Source: Pavona decussata (taxonomy: Eukaryota). From it: a DNA stretch of 64,000 bases. This document shows positions 62,916 through 64,000 of this stretch, piece after piece. The stretch's first letter is position 1, and the number at the start of each line of letters is the position of its first letter. The stretch spans positions 310,001 through 374,000 of the forward strand of contig CDRNST010000144.1 of the NCBI GenBank assembly GCA_977016875.1, read 5' to 3'. The position numbers were made by a program, and so were the translations under genes. Below the pieces are notes generated by a model. The model was not told where the DNA came from, ran no database searches, and saw only the letters and a list, made by a program, of their open reading frames with translations.

Positions 62916-64000
62916 TCCTATCTCATGCACTCAAAAAGGCCTCGTGCGTCAAAGATATCATCGGGTGCCAAAAGATGGAAACCAGCGATTAGATGCCTGA
63001 GCCCATGCTTTAGACATGTACTATGCACGGCAGGTACTTGCCGTTCTGCAAGCAATGGTCAAAAAGGCACATGAATCTTCATTTCATATTCCTCTAATTC
63101 TTGTGTCTTCTGACATCTTTTCTGTCCAGTGGACAGTGACCAGCTTTTACTAGCACCCGTGCTAGAAACTATTTATAATTCCATTAAAAGAAATGTGACT
63201 ATCTTTTCGTATCCATCCATCACCGGAGACATTTTCATCTTTCCGATGATGACTGCTATAATAATTCTCTTAACCATTTGGTTACCAAATCCACCTTTTG
63301 GCATATTACATGACTGTCTGTGTGGTACAAACAAGCCTTTTGGCATATTTTAGAGAGTTCTCTTTGCAATAGCAAAATTTTGCAACTGGGGCCTCAAGAA
63401 ATGTTATTTTGACACATTCCAACGTGTCCACAGGATTCAAGCGAGAATTTTCTATATACTGTGAAAGGCAAGCTCTTAGTTTGCATGTTGAATTTTTGCG
63501 TTAAACATTGCAGTTTGTTGTTTGAGTGAAGTGTCACAATTTTGAAGAATGCTTCTAGTTAAAGACTCAGGATATAGGAAAGATTTAATGGCAAAAGGTA
63601 AGACTAAATATCGTGAACGTGCTGCATAGCTGGATATTCCATTGTGTAGGTAAGCAATCGAGCATTGGACATTTTCACAAAATGTGCTTGCTCCTTTAAG
63701 GAGTCTCTTTTGATCAATGCTTGAAAAATAAAATGAACGTATCGTCATTTCCCTACATTAAGCGTTTGCATGTTTGCAGTGTATAAATTTTGATTTCTTG
63801 CCTAACAAATGCTAGTTGTTGTAGAAGAGTTTTCTGCATGTTTATCTAGTCCTGAGGCAAATCTGCTAACTCAGCTTACAGTTTTCAGTTTTTGCTTTTT
63901 TGGAGTCATTAAAATAAATTATGGCTTGTAACTGTGAATCACTGGAAGAACAAATTCTCAATATGCTTTTTGATGATCAAGAGGAAAAGAAGCAGTACAA

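Noticed and set aside
63130-63340. Minus-strand GGFGNQM motif suggesting a fucosyltransferase
   Set aside because: A single short motif amid stops, with no second supporting motif.

Overview
AT-rich eukaryotic (animal) DNA with introns, microsatellites and many decayed transposable elements. The repeat types suggest a cnidarian such as a stony coral (inference). I found no intact host gene. All assignments come from manual translation and motif recall, not database searches. Main contents: (1) a decayed transposase gene with a RAG1-like N-terminus, RING and C2H2 finger at ~14.8-17.5 kb, split by a CryptonA-type (DUF3504) insertion; (2) a near full-length decayed R2 retrotransposon outside rDNA that starts with exactly 28 nt of 28S rRNA, placed right after a degenerate look-alike of the 28S target; (3) a 1.63-kb foldback element with TTAA duplications, inserted into an SGNH-hydrolase relic; (4) a Polinton/adintovirus-type packaging ATPase relic; (5) two convergent Penelope-like elements carrying three mutated hammerhead ribozymes; (6) an rve integrase pseudogene with a signal-peptide-like N-terminus; (7) a near-identical duplication with a ~4.54-kb offset and nested repeat junctions; (8) a DIRS-type retrotransposon (gag, RT, RNase H, MT, YR) preceded by a dimeric minisatellite. 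Also present are Sola1, pogo, Transib-like, LINE, SINE and MITE remnants.
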